64,000 bases of DNA from Paraspadella gotoi. Its lineage: Eukaryota; Animalia; Chaetognatha. Under the pieces are notes generated by a model, which was not told the origin of the DNA, did not search any database, and was given only the letters and a program-made list of their open reading frames with translations. Below, piece after piece: positions 14,265-30,899 of this stretch. The first letter of the stretch is position 1. The number at the start of each line of letters is the position of its first letter. Position numbers and translations under genes: made by a program. The stretch spans positions 4,196,402 to 4,260,401 of the forward strand of contig JBJCIZ010000239.1 of assembly GCA_051294375.1 (NCBI GenBank), in the 5' to 3' direction.

Positions 14265-15812
14265 TGAACGGCAGGGCGCTTTTCAATTTTGATCCTTAGG
14301 GACCCTTGAAAAAATGCGAGTGCAAGTTAGCACTTAAAGATACATTTTTTTATATTCCTCTCTCTCTCTCGTCTCTCTCTCTATCTCTCTCTCGTCTTCC
14401 CTCTCTCTGCTCTCTCTCTCTTCTTTCGTCTGTCATTGCCTTTTCCATGCCGAGCTCGAGGATGGAAATCGTGGGGGGAGAGGAGAGAGAGAGAGGACAG
14501 ATGAGAGAGACTATGACAAGATGGCAGAAATAAAACGAGTGAATTTTTAAGGAAAAACGAGATTAGATATATGTATACTATAGTAATAATATATAGAATT
14601 ATCATATATATATTATAGTATATTCTCAATCCGATTAAAGACGAATTCGCTTGAGCAGGTGCTTAATCTCGACTATAATATTAAACTCAATGCAGTTTAC
14701 CAGAGACAAAAAAGTGTAGTTAGTACAGTATTCAATATCCAGTAGTCATTGAAAAACTACGAGTAGGCATAACCGTGATGCAGCAGCATCTCAACAATAG
14801 AAAAACTGAAAAACATTAATTAAGATATTCAGCTAAATTTCACAAATATCATTTATATTAATATTAATGTGCTTCAGAGGAATCTCCAAAAAATTAATAA
14901 TTTACTCTCCTTTTATATACAAGGACAAAGTTTTATAACTAACCAAGGAGAGGAGAGTTCACATTTTAAGAATAAAAGCAAACCAATCTACTAGTTATTA
15001 TCAACCAATGAGAGACCAGATATACAAACTAAAAAATCCCTTATAAACTCTTTTAGAGCATCTACGTGTCTAATGAATCAAGATTAAACAAAACTATCAA
15101 CAACAGAGACACAAGGTTCTCTAAAAAGTTTGAACCCGAATTTTCGCGGGCTAATTGCTTAGCTTAATGTTCAGTTCAGCCCGACTATAAGAATTAAGGC
15201 CAATTAAGCATGCATACCTTCAGTCGCGACCCGGGACTCATTAAAATAAATCACCATCATTTTCATGACCGATTACGCGGTAGCCGGGATCGATCCGCCA
15301 ATGGGAAGCGTGAGGACGACGCGTAACACCGCCTTGCACTGTGAAAAACCCTCAAGCTGGTTATCCAAGCCCAGGCACTCGTTTATTGCAAGCTGAAGGT
15401 GGGCGCGGAAGCATACGGAGAATAGTTGATCATCCTTATGGCAGTCTCAGGTTCCCATCCGGCTCGTTGGACATAAATATGCTTTCACACAATTTTATAT
15501 TAAAAATTGAGAGGCGTAACATTTTTCGCTGAAACACCCCCCTTTTTGTTTAATCATTACAACTTTACTAAAATATTCAAACTAATCTATAAACCTTTAA
15601 TAACTTACCGTTTTTCTTAGAAATATAACTCCTAACCCTACCCACTTACCCCTAAAATCAATCTCGATTTCCCTCTCTCTAAATCTACCTTATGCTTCTT
15701 ACCTCTAACTCTAGATATCTAACCAAATCCTATCTCAAAACCCAATCTTTATCCTAATCCCGTACTCTAAATCAATAAACTAACTTCATTAACGTACTTA
15801 AAACTTTAATGT
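2790..15812 (+). repeat. Tandem direct duplication of ~6.5 kb (copy 1 ~2790-9490, copy 2 ~9500-15812)
   Basis: Colinear unique blocks: 2850=9560, 5590=11535, 7140=13320, 8380=14620, 9470=15790. Differences are mostly 1-bp indels. Confidence 0.9.
8928..9090 (+). mobile_element. Diverged copy of the SINE-like repeat at 38306-38482
   Basis: Shares taagcatga.accttcagtcg, catgaccattagg.accgggatcgatccccaatgg, gggaagcgtga, ccgtaaaccgccttg and ggttccaagcc.agga. Confidence 0.55.
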
Positions 15813-17484
15813 TAAGCTGACATGGTGGCAGGGTTTTTTGAAAATGCACCTTGAGGTTAATCGTGTACGACACTTATTAGTATTTATATTGTTCTTCTAA
15901 GGCTGATAATATATTTATTAAAATGCAATAGATGTTGTCGCAGCTAAACTTTATCAAAGCAATAACATTAAAAATCTTTAAATGAAAGATTGGTTAAAGC
16001 TGAGAGAGACCTAAGCGGGTCCTTTTTAGGAACAGAACCGCGCCTCTCTCTGCTTTTCTCTTCTCTCTCTTCTCTCTCTCTCTCTTACTCGTCTCTCTCT
16101 CACTTCTCTCTCTCATTCTCTAATCTCTCTCTCTCTCTCTCTTCACCGTCTTTCCTCCCTTCCCGGCGCTGCCCGATTCTTGGAAAAGAAAAAGAACTAA
16201 CCATAACGAGTAAGTACCTTAGCATATGAATTAAAAACGCGAAGTCTGATTCTCTCTCTCTCTCTCTCTTCCTCTCTCTCTGCTCTCTCTCTTCTCTCTC
16301 TTCTCTCCCCTCCCTCCCCATCTTTTATTCTCGACGTAAAACAAATAAAAGAGATGAAAAAGAAATTAATTCCACCACCATAGAAAAAGCCATAAACACT
16401 ACGAAAGAGGAAGAAATGAAAAGAGAGGGGCCTTATTATCCAGCAAAACTCCCCATTTTCATAATAAATTTAGAATTATGTTTATTTTTTTAGGGTTTAA
16501 GATGGATGTGTAGCGGCATTGGCCTAGAGACTTAAGTAAATGATTAGCGTTAAAAAATTGTGGTTAGGTGTTATTAGGTCACGGGAATTTAAGGTTAGGC
16601 GCTTAGGTTTAAGGTTAGCGGTTAACGATTAAGGATTTAACGTAAAGAATTAAAATTAGCAGATTAAATTAAAATTTTTTTAACAGATTAAGATCAAATA
16701 TTACGCTGGTATTAAAAAAAAGAATGAAATGTTTTGGAAAATAGAGCTTGTAATGGAGTAGCGGATAGAACTTGCTCAGAAGAGAGCCGTCCCTTTTTTT
16801 AGTCTTGCGGGGGGCGGAGATGCTTTGGTGATGATTGTTGAAGAAATGGAGAAGAGGAGAGAGAAAAAAAAGAGAGAGAGAGGAGAGAGAGAAGAGGAGA
16901 AGAGAGAAGAGAGTCTCCAACTCATCTAAGAAATTTGATAGAGTTTGGATTAAGTTTAAGAGACCACAAAGCATAGATGGGAGAGGACAGGAGTAAGATG
17001 CGATGAGAGTAGAGAAAGGAGGAGAGAAGAGAGAGAGCTAGAAGATGAGAGAGAGAGACGAGAGGGAGAGATGACAGAGATGAGAGAGAGAGAGTGCGCG
17101 AGGCGGAGACAGAAATTGTTAGGAAAGAAGACTAAATGTTGTTGAGCTTGATGACTTTTTACGTCACATTATTTACAATTTGCTCGCCTGGAAAGTTACG
17201 ACACAATTTAATCATTTTAATTCAACATCGCGTACAGACCAATGTGTAGGAACGCCCTGGCCCCTGATCCTTGGAAAGATTAAATCTAGTTATTTGAATT
17301 AAACGTAAGAACGATTTGTTACCAAGATAGTGTTTAGTCAATAACAAATTGCGCGAGCATACTGTCTACTGTTGTTACTCTCTACGGGTCAGTTAAAAGA
17401 CATTCACAATTTTGAGCATATACATAATCAACTCAGAAATCCAAAGATCTCTATCTCTCTCTGCTATCGTCTCTCTCTTTCTCT

Positions 17485-17532
<48 letters not shown>

Positions 17533-18223
17533 GTCTCTCCTCTCTCGTCTCTCCTCTCTCCGTCGTCTCTCGTCTCCTCTCTTAGCCCTTGAAAGGCAAA
17601 ACTTTCTGCGGCTCAGATTTGTTTTACTTGTGGTGGATAGTTTTTGATTTTTTTTTATCGTCGTCCCATTTTTTACTCGCTTATTCTCTTTGACCTAAGT
17701 GGATGCTGGAGGAAGAGGGAGGGAGAGAGATAAGGTTTAGGGAGGATGGGAGAGAGAGGAAGGAAGAGAGAGAGAGAGAAGGGGATGGGAAAAGGGGGAG
17801 GAGGGTGAGATAGCGCGAAGAGAGGAAAGGGAGGAGAAGAGAGGGAGGGAAGAGGAAGAGGAAGGAGAGGGAGGGAAGGACGCAAGAGAGAAAGAAAGAA
17901 GAAAGGGGAGAGGGCCGGCGAAGAGAAGGAGAAAAGGGAGGGAAGAGTNNNNNNNNNNNNNNNNNNNNNNNNNCTTTCAATTGTAAGCTGACATGTGGAC
18001 GTTTTTGATAAATGGCTCTTGAGGGTTAATCGTGTCTACACATTATTTAGTATTTATTTGCTTCTTCTAAGGCTGATAATATATTATTAAACATGCAAGA
18101 TGTGTTGCGCAGCTAAACTTTATTCAAAGCAAATAACATTAAAAAATCTTTTAAATGAAAGTTGGGTTAAAGCTGAGAGAGACCAAAGCGGTCCTTTAGG
18201 AAAGACGCGCTCTCCTTCTTCTC

Positions 18224-21818
<3,595 letters not shown>

Positions 21819-22474
21819 CGGAAGAGGAAGAGGAAGAGAGAAAGAAAGAGGAAGAGGAAAAGAGAGAGGAAGAGGAGGAGAGAGAGGAAGAGGAAGGGAG
21901 AGAGGAAGAGGAATAGAAGGGAGGCGACAGGGAGCTCGTGTTTTTGCCAAAATCCGTGTTTAGATTTGGAGCTGATTTCCGTCGGACACGAGAAACACGA
22001 AACGCGGAAAGAAAAAAACAAAAAAAAAACAACGAAATCAAGGGCGATAAAGAAAAAGAGGCTAAGGAAGCTTTGTTTTGTGTGTGTCTTTTTTGGGGGG
22101 GCTTTTTCTGACAATCTTTTCTAAAAATATGAACATTGAACAATGTTTACTTATGATTAAATATTGCTGAAAAATTATTAGTAAGGTTACTCGGCGGAAG
22201 GAGTGATTTTATGGTTTTTTAAAATAATAATAATGAAAAAAAAATAATAATAAATATAATATTAATAAAAATAATACTAATAATATTAAAAATGAGTTTT
22301 AAAAAAGAATAAACTTATTAAAAATTAGAAAAATATAACCATAATATTAATAAAAACATTTGAATAGATTTTTAGTTTCAAGAGAAGCACAGGACTAAAA
22401 AAATGAAAAAGATACAAATTGAAAAAAAGAGGAAAGATCAAAAGTAGAGTGAGAGAGATGAGAGAGAGGAGAGA

Positions 22475-22509
<35 letters not shown>

Positions 22510-22829
22510 CGGAGAAGAAAGAGAGAGAGAGCGGGCGCGTGAAGTCACACTCAAAACAAACACTCCATTTCTAGAGATGGAGCCGAAAAAAGAGAGGGAA
22601 AGGAGAGGCGGGAGAGAGGATGGAGAGAGAGAGGAGAGGGAGAGAGCGAGAGAGAGAGAGAGAGATGAGGAGAGAAAGAGAGAGAGAGAGAGAGAAACAG
22701 AGAGAGTGACATGCAAAAAAAAACCAGAGCCGAGAGAAAAAGTGAGAAACAAAAACGCGTTGAGTAAAAAATAAGAAAAAAAAAAATTGTTTTCTTATTT
22801 TTCTCCAGTTTTTTCTTCTGTCAATTTTT

Positions 22830-23021
22830 CGACACTGTTTTCCACAAGCGCCCATTTATGTTTCTTAATCCTTGAATCTTAAACCCAAATAATTACTAAG
22901 CTAAATCTTTTACAATATGCTTAACTCAATTCCGACCCTAACCCTTAGCCAAATCTATTAACTTAAAAACTCACTTAAATCTGAATAAAGACTGGAATGG
23001 GAGGCTTTTGAAAGATGTGTG
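22830..23021. mobile_element. MITE-like element, same family; carries the empty site of the Gypsy insertion
   Basis: cgacactgttttccacaagcgcccattt ... aatgggaggcttttgaaagatgtgtg. Its duplicate (starting ~29588) is split by the LTR element. Confidence 0.5.
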
Positions 23022-24419
23022 TTTTGGGGTTTTCTCTTTTTTATTCTGTCGATTTTCTTTCGGGTTTAAAAACCAAAAAAAAATTCAAGAGAAGAGAAGA
23101 GAAAAAAAATATTGTGGAAAAATTTGTGAAGAAGAGATTTTAAGAGTCACTTTTCAGATCCAAATGACACGAGAAGAGTTAAAAGCCCGGTTCACGGAGA
23201 GAGTTCACAATTCACAGATGTAGACTTGTAACTTTATAGTCACATCTAACTGTAAAAAAATATAATCGAACCATAAATCAATCGATCAATCAATCAATAA
23301 ATACAATCAATCAAATCATATAAGACGAATGTATAAAGGGTCATAGTTTTTCATCTAATATTATTGGAAAAACGGATTTAGTTTTATGGGTTTAGAGTGA
23401 TCGAGTTAGGTTAGAGGATATGGCGGATTAAGGTGGTTAGGTGCAGATGACTATTAAGGTTAGATTAGGGGTTGGTAGATGGAAGGTAGATTAATGTAGG
23501 GATAATGAACTATTGGAATTAAAATTAAGTTTTAAAACCGCCCAAAAGAGGTTAGGTGTTATAAGTTTCGCTGTTTTAACGTGACAATCGAAAATGAGAT
23601 CAGAATTGTTAGCGATGATTTATTCCGAGGAATTTTAATTATTGATTTAAGATAATTCTCAAAAGTATGTTCATCCTTTCAGAATGTCTTCCCCGCTACT
23701 CGATCTGGGAGGCGGTGCTAGAAGAGGAGGAGCTGAGAGGCCGGGAGCACGGATGAGGGAGCAGTGATCAAAATGCCATGAACCGAGACGAGAGGAGAGA
23801 GAGGACAGAGAGAGTGAGAAAGAGTGTCCGCCATAAAGGGGCTGAGCGCCGACCCAAACTGTACAGCCTCAAAGTTGCTAAGAGAGAGAAATATATAAGT
23901 AATATAGCGGAGAGACGCCCCGAGCCGCGGCTCGACACAACTCTCCAAGGTGAGGAAAACGTTTTGACGACAAAAACAAAGAAAGGGGGAAAAATCGAAA
24001 GGGAAAAGTTGAACCAAAAACCCTTGGCACGATATGCGGAGAATAACACTGTCCGCGTGCCTCTACCAACTCCCTCTCTCTCTCGTCTCAATCTCTCTCA
24101 TCTCGTCAATTCTCTCTACTCGTCTCCTCCAGGGGGAGTTCCGGGATTTCTTCCTCCTTGCCTCTCTCCCATTGAACTCCTCACAACGTCCGTCCTCTCT
24201 CTCTCACTGCTATTCCGTGTCCTCTTTCCCTCTACCCTACTCCTCTTTCCTCTCTCCCGTGCTCGCCTCCCCTCTCTGCTCTCTTTTTCTCTATCTATTT
24301 TCACTTCCTTTCATTGAAAACAAAAATAAAAAATATAATATAAAATAAAAATTAAATGATATGGTTTTCCACTTCAAAACTTTATCAAGTCAATGAACAA
24401 GTAAGCTTGCGAAATCTCC

Positions 24420-25050
24420 AATACCCAAAACAGTAATTGTTTCATAATTTGCGTCATCAGCTCGCATAAATCTTGGTCACCTTGCACAAATAATTGATGG
24501 TCAATTGAATAGATGCCAATTTTGGAAGATCCACACTGACGGCATAAAAGTTGGTCTAAGGCCTGAAAATAATTAATCAACTTCATTAAATTGTGGACCT
24601 AAACTTAACTTTAAAATTGGAAATATGGAAAACTGAATTACATAATTTGAATGGTTTTTTTTAATTAGTTAGCTTTGCTTAATTTGGTTAACCTCGTGCA
24701 CACTCGAGAGTACGAACTATTCACTTACGGTATGTAGATAGGAGCTTTATAATTTGGTAAACTTTCATATTTGGTAGATATTTATAATTTTAATGCGAGA
24801 GAGATAGTTACAATCAACTCGCATAATTTGGTCAACTTGCATAAATTTGTTCAATTTTCATAGATTGTCAATTGGCATAAATTGGTCAACCTGGTATAAA
24901 TTGGTTAATTTCTTAATTTAGTCACGTCAACATTTTGTCAACTTGCCATAATTTGGTTCAACCTTAGATAATTGAGACAACTTGGATAATTGGTCACATT
25001 AATTAATTTGGTCAACAATCACTTTAAACAATGAGCCACTTATAATTTTG
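24420..25050. repeat. Degenerate ~19-21-bp minisatellite (gcataatttggtcaactt)n
   Basis: Recurring cataa(a)tttggtcaac units. Confidence 0.75.
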
Positions 25051-26481
25051 TCGATATGAAAATTGTAACCGCCGAAAAAAAATGAGAGAGAGGAGAAGAG
25101 TACGAAATGTGCAAAAAATTTTTTTTTATATAATTGTTCAAAGTAAGTACTTTTGTTTTTTTCCATTAAAACCCCTTTTCATTTTTTCTACCCACACACA
25201 AAAATTTTATCTTAATAATTTTTATAGAATTAAGAGTAGAGCTGGTTTATTTTTTAATTTCCACTTATAAAAAATAATTAATTAAAAAAATTTAATCTGA
25301 TTAATTAATTAAATATCAGTCTTAAGTCCCATCCCATATTAGCATTAAAAACTCCAATTATTCGTGATAAATAGATGGATTGGAATAAAATTTTGTGTGT
25401 GGGTAGAAAAGTATGTGATTGAGCTAGATATAAAGTTTTGCTCACTCCTCTCTCAAATCGTCAGCTCTACTTAACAACGTGGTTCATCTTAAGCAATCTA
25501 CAAAATGAGAATTATTAATCTACAAATCTTAAAATAAAATTTATTTTACGATGTAGAACTCGTTAAATGTTGATTGAATAGTTTTTATTGTTTTTTTAGG
25601 GGGCTCCATAATTTCACTAAGTAGGTCTGTCAGTCCTGCCCATATTTGTTTGGTGATTATTTAATTTCCTTTTTTAAATATCAATTATGAATATTTTTGT
25701 TAAAAAAATTATGTCTCTCTATCAGTCTAATCAGTATGTCCATTCAACAAAAAAAAAGGAAAAAAATTTTTAAAAAAAAAGAAATAAAATAAAAGAAAAA
25801 AAAGAAAGACAATGACTGATTAGCTTTTTACCAGCACAAATTTGTTGTGGTCGACTTACATTGTTTGCTAAAACTTGTTTTCTATAATCTTTTAACTGAA
25901 ATAAAATAATTGGGTTAAAAAAATACAAATATTATAATTTTTAGATAAAATATGAAATAAAATGAGTAACAAATAATTTGAAAAAATATGTATATTTAAT
26001 TCAGTTAAAATAAACAAGTTTTGAAAGAGAGGAGAGAGGACCACACGCCTGATGCTATAAAACAGAGAGAGAGGAAAAAAGAAAGAGTGAATGAGAAAGA
26101 GAGAAGAACCCCACACGACGCCAGAAAAAGGGAGAGAGAAAGAGAGAGATAACAGAACAGGGAGAAATATTCTCAGATATAATACACATAGTCCAGGAAG
26201 TATATTTTCTCATCTAAACTTTTTGCCTCTCTTTACATCACCCAGGGGAGGCAGTTTTTTGCTTCCCCAAGGGGTTACCCTCCAAGGGCAGACTTTTCTT
26301 TGGCCCCCGCAGGGGGCTAAGCTAGGGGCGCCCTAATAAGACCCAAAAATGTTGCCCAGGGTGGACCCCCTGGGGCGGCCCTGAGGCAATCCAGAGGGGC
26401 GCCCCTGCAATGACCATTTTGTCTGCTCCCCCTGGAATAAGTCTGCCCCTGGGGCCNNNNNNNNNNNNNNNNNNNNNNNNN

Positions 26482-26882
26482 CCTTACCGCTAAATCTAAT
26501 CTCCGGGATTCCCTCTCTCTAATCCCTAACCTTAACTTCCTTAAACCCTCAAAACCTAATATCAACCAAATCCTATCTCAAACCCCAAATCTTTATCCTA
26601 TCGTAACTCTAATCAATAAACTAACTTATTAACGTACTTTAAACTTTAATGTAGGCTGACATGTGGAGGTTTTTTGAAAATGCTCTTGAGGTTAATCGTG
26701 TACCATATTAGTATATTGGTTTCTTCTAACTGGATAATAATATTTATTAAATGCAAGAATGGTCCGCAGCTAACTTTATCAAAGAATAACAATTAAAAAT
26801 CTTTAAGATGAAAATTGGTTAAAGTGAGAGAGACCAAGGTCCTTTAGGAAAGACGCGCTGCTCTCTCTCTCTCTTTCTCTTC

Positions 26883-26947
<65 letters not shown>

Positions 26948-27634
26948 TCCTTCCTTTCCCGGGCTGCCCATTCTTTGAAAAAGAAAAAGAACAACCATAC
27001 ACGAGTAAGATCCTTAGCATATGAATTAAAAACGAAGACGATCTCGATCTCTCTCTCTCTCTCTTCTCCTCTCTCTCTCTCTCATCTCTCTCTCTCTCTC
27101 TCCCTCCCTCCCCATCTTTTATTCTCGACGTAAAACAAATAAAAGAGATAAAAAATTAATTTCCAACCACCATAGAAAACATAAAACATACGAAGAGGAA
27201 GAAATGAAAGAGAGGGGCATTATTTTTCCGCAGACTCCCCATTTCATAATACAATTTAGAATTAATGTTATTTTTTTTTTCGGGGTTTAAGATGATGTTT
27301 TAGGGAATTAGGCTTAGAGATTAAGTAAATGATTAGGTTAAAAATTGTGGTTAGTGATTAGGGTAAGGGATTCAGGTTAGGCTTAGGTTTAAGGTTAGGG
27401 TTAACGATTAGGTTAATGTAAAGAATTAAAATTAGCAGATTAAATTCACAAATTTTTTTTTACAGATTAGATCAAATATACGCTGGTATACAAAAAAGAA
27501 GATGAAAGTTTTTTGGGAAAATAGAGCCTGTAATGGAGTAGGAGAACTAGAACTTGCTCGAAGAGAGCCCGTCGTTTTTTTTGGGGGGGGGGAGTGCTTT
27601 GGTGATTGTTGAAGAAATGGAGGAAGAGAGAGAG

Positions 27635-27673
<39 letters not shown>

Positions 27674-27807
27674 AGCAGAGAGAGAGAAGTCCAACTCCTC
27701 TAAGAATAATTGTAAGTTTTTTGGATTAAGTTTAAGAGACGCACAAAGAGGAGACAGAGTAAGATGGAGAAGGGAGAGTAAGATGGAGAGAGGGAGAGAG
27801 AGAGAGA

Positions 27808-27846
<39 letters not shown>

Positions 27847-29754
27847 GAGAGAGAGCGAGGAGTGGGAGGACGACAAATTGTTAAAAAACAAATGTGTGAC
27901 TTGTGACATTTTCGTCATTATTTCATTTGTCGCCTGGGAGAGTCGACCACAAATTTCTTTTATGCAATCGGTACAACCAATGTGAAACAGCCTGGCCCTG
28001 ATCTTGGACAGAGTAAATTATTTGAATTAAACGTAAGAAATTGTTTAAAAAAGTTAGTCAAAAATTCGGCGATTTTACTGGAAAAATATAATAATCTTTC
28101 ACATGGAAGCCTCTTGGGGTCTCTCTCTCTCTTTCCTCTCTCTATCTCTCTCGCTATCTCTTCTCTCTCTCTCTCACATCTCTCTCTCTCTCTCCTTCTC
28201 TCTTCTCTTCTCTCTCTCTCTCTCCCGTCTCCTCAACTCTCTCCCTCTCCCTCTCTCATCTCTAGGCCCTGAAGGCAAAACATCTTCTGCGGCTCAGAAT
28301 TTGTTTACTTGTTATATTTTGATTTTTTTTTTTTCGTCCATTTTTTTAACGTCCCTTTTTCTTTTTGGAACTAAGTGGATGCATGGAGGGAGAGAAGGTA
28401 GGGAGAGAGAAGGTTTAGGAGATGAGAGAAGGAGGAAGAGAGAGAGAGAGAAGGAGGGAAAGGGGGAGAGGTGAGATAGGCGAAGCAGGAAAGGAGGAGA
28501 GAGAGGGAGAAGAGGAAGAGAGGAAAGGGAGGAAGAGCAAGAGAGAAAGAAAGAGGAAAAGGGAGAGGAAGAGGGAGGAGAGGGAGGAAGAGGGAAGAGG
28601 AGAGAGAAAAGAAAGAGAAGAGGAAAAGAGAGAGGAAGAGGAGGAGAGCAGAGGAAGAGGAAGGGAGAGAGGAAGAGGAATAGAAGGGAGGCGACAGGGA
28701 GCTCCGGTTTTGCCAAACCCGTGTTTTAGATTTGGAGCTGATTTCCAGTCGGACACGAGAACACGAACGCGGAAAGAAAACCAAAAAAAAAAAACAACGA
28801 AAACAAGGCGATAAAGAAAAAGAGGCTAAGAAAGGATAAAATAAGAAAAAAGTAACGATGCTTTGTTTGGTGTGTGTCTTTTTTTGGGGGGCTTTTTCCT
28901 GACAATCTTTTCTAAAAATATGAACATTGAACAATGTTTACTCTATGATTAAATATTGCTGAAAAATTTATTAGTAAGGTTACTCGGCGGAAGGAGTGAT
29001 TTTATGGTTTTTTTTTTAAAATAATAATAAGAAAAAAATAATAAATAATAAATATAATATTATAAAAAATAATACTATATATTAATGGCTTTAGAAAAGA
29101 ATAAACTTATTAAAATTAGAAAAAATATAACCATAATATTAGATAAATAACAAATTGAATAGATTTTTTAGTTTCAGATAAGAAGAAGCACCGGACTAAA
29201 AAAAATGAAAAAGATACAAAATGAAAAAAAGGGAAAGATAAAAAAAAGGTAGAGTGAGAGAAGGAAGAGAGAGAGAGAGAGAGAGAGAAGAGAGAGAGCG
29301 GAGAGAAGAGATGAGGGAGAAGGGCCGTTGAAAGTCACCACCCAAAACAAACACTCCATTTCTAGGATGACGCCGAAAAGAGGAAAAGGAGAGAGGCGAG
29401 AAGAGGAGAAGAGCGAGAGAGAGAGAGAGAGGAGAGAGAGAGGAGAGAGAGAGAGAAACAGAGAGATGCATGCAAAAAAAAAACCAGGACCGTAGAGAAA
29501 AAAGTGAGAAACAAAACGGAGTTTGAGTAAAAAATAAGAAAAAAAAATTTTTCTTATTTTTCTCCAGTTTTTCTTTCTGTCAATTTTCGACACTGTTTTC
29601 CACAAGCGCCCATTTTATGTTTTTATCCTTGAACCTTAAACCCAATAATTACTAAGCTAAATCTTTTACAATATGCTTAACTCAAATTCCGACCCTAACC
29701 CTTAGCCAATCTATTTAACTTAAAAACTCACTTAAATCTGAATAAAGACTGGAA
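26482..29754 (+). repeat. Direct duplicate of 15640-17948 followed by a duplicate of 21820-22997
   Basis: Shared unique blocks: 26990=16195, 27900=17150, 28690=21925, 29590=22830. The homology resumes after the LTR element (36098-36680 = 22994-23613). Confidence 0.88.
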
Positions 29755-30240
29755 TGTGGCGAGGCTCCAGGGTCGCGAAGAGGGTGACAAGAGTTTGAAC
29801 GTTGTGAACAGAGCACTAATGACATGACGATGATGACTTTATCGAGAGGCGCATGTAAAGCAGGGAAAGTGCATGTCACGTGATTAAAGAAGCACTTGTT
29901 TTATGCAACATTGATTTTGTTTCATGAGAATAAAAAGTAGTTGATTCGAATTGCGGTTTTTAATTAAAAACAGTTTCTCACAACTTTAATAAATGTAGTC
30001 AGTTACATTTAGAGAAGAATTAAAACCATTTGGTCTTCATGATTGATAAGAATGTTTTTATTTCAGAGTGAATACAAGAAGTGAATAAAAACGAGGAATA
30101 AGACGTTCTCAGGTAACAAATCATGAATAAAGGCAGTTGCAATTATTACAGAGCCATCTGTTATGTGCGGAAAGAATCCAAACGGTTTTAACTGAAAACA
30201 AAAGGTCTTCGAATCTGTTTTAATACCTCAGGTGGCCACA
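29755..30240 (-). repeat. 3' LTR of the Gypsy element
   Basis: Begins TGTGGC and ends GCCACA (6-bp inverted termini). A polypurine tract precedes it on the minus strand. Confidence 0.93.
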
Positions 30241-30252
30241 TTGCCCTCCTGT
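30241..30252 (-). promoter_or_regulatory. Polypurine tract of the Gypsy element
   Basis: Minus strand reads ACAGGAGGGCAA immediately before the TG of the 3' LTR. Confidence 0.7.
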
Positions 30253-30899
30253 TGTATATTGGGTAAACGAAATATTACTACAAAATTTGTTGTCGTCCAT
30301 TCTGAGTGATTGGAAAGTTGATGATAAATTACTAAAATAATTATATACAAATTATAGAATTGTTGGTCTAAAGGAGACCGGTTGAAACATGCAACAATTA
30401 AACATTTCTTTCAAATCCATAACAATCCATAAAGTTTCATAACATTCAAGATTTCAAAAATTACTAAAAAATTGGAAATTTCAAAACGAATATATAATTC
30501 TAAATAAATATGGTACAATTGGCAGTCGGAGCTTTCCGGGAGGAAGCCGCTCCGACTGTGATTACGGTCTGAGACAGCAGGGGGGTTTGTTTTTTATGTC
30601 TTTTTGTTGTTGTTATTGTGTTAATGTTCTTTTTTGTCTTTTTAACATTTCCTTTGTACAACTGAATGGTTTGGTCGATTATTGTTTGGACATCTTCGAG
30701 AGGAGTTGTCGGCGGCGGTGTCTAGAGAATCTCTCCATAAGGGGGGAAGAGAGGGGGGAGGAGGAGGGAGGGAGGAGGAGACGGATTGGGTGAACGCTGG
30801 CGAGTTGGAGTTATTGAGCGAGTTTTGATCGAGACGTTGGCATTGGTCTCCGAGTTCTTGGACCTGTGGACGAGACCCGCTGGGGGCGTCGCTGAGGAT

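Noticed and set aside
24438-24462. CTGATGA...GAAA on the minus strand as another hammerhead (also CTGATGA at ~33486 and ~49001)
   Set aside because: No pairable stem II and no correctly placed stem III or UH cleavage site.
24420-25050. Repeat array as a possible CRISPR
   Set aside because: Units are degenerate and contiguous with no unique spacers; eukaryotic context and no cas genes.
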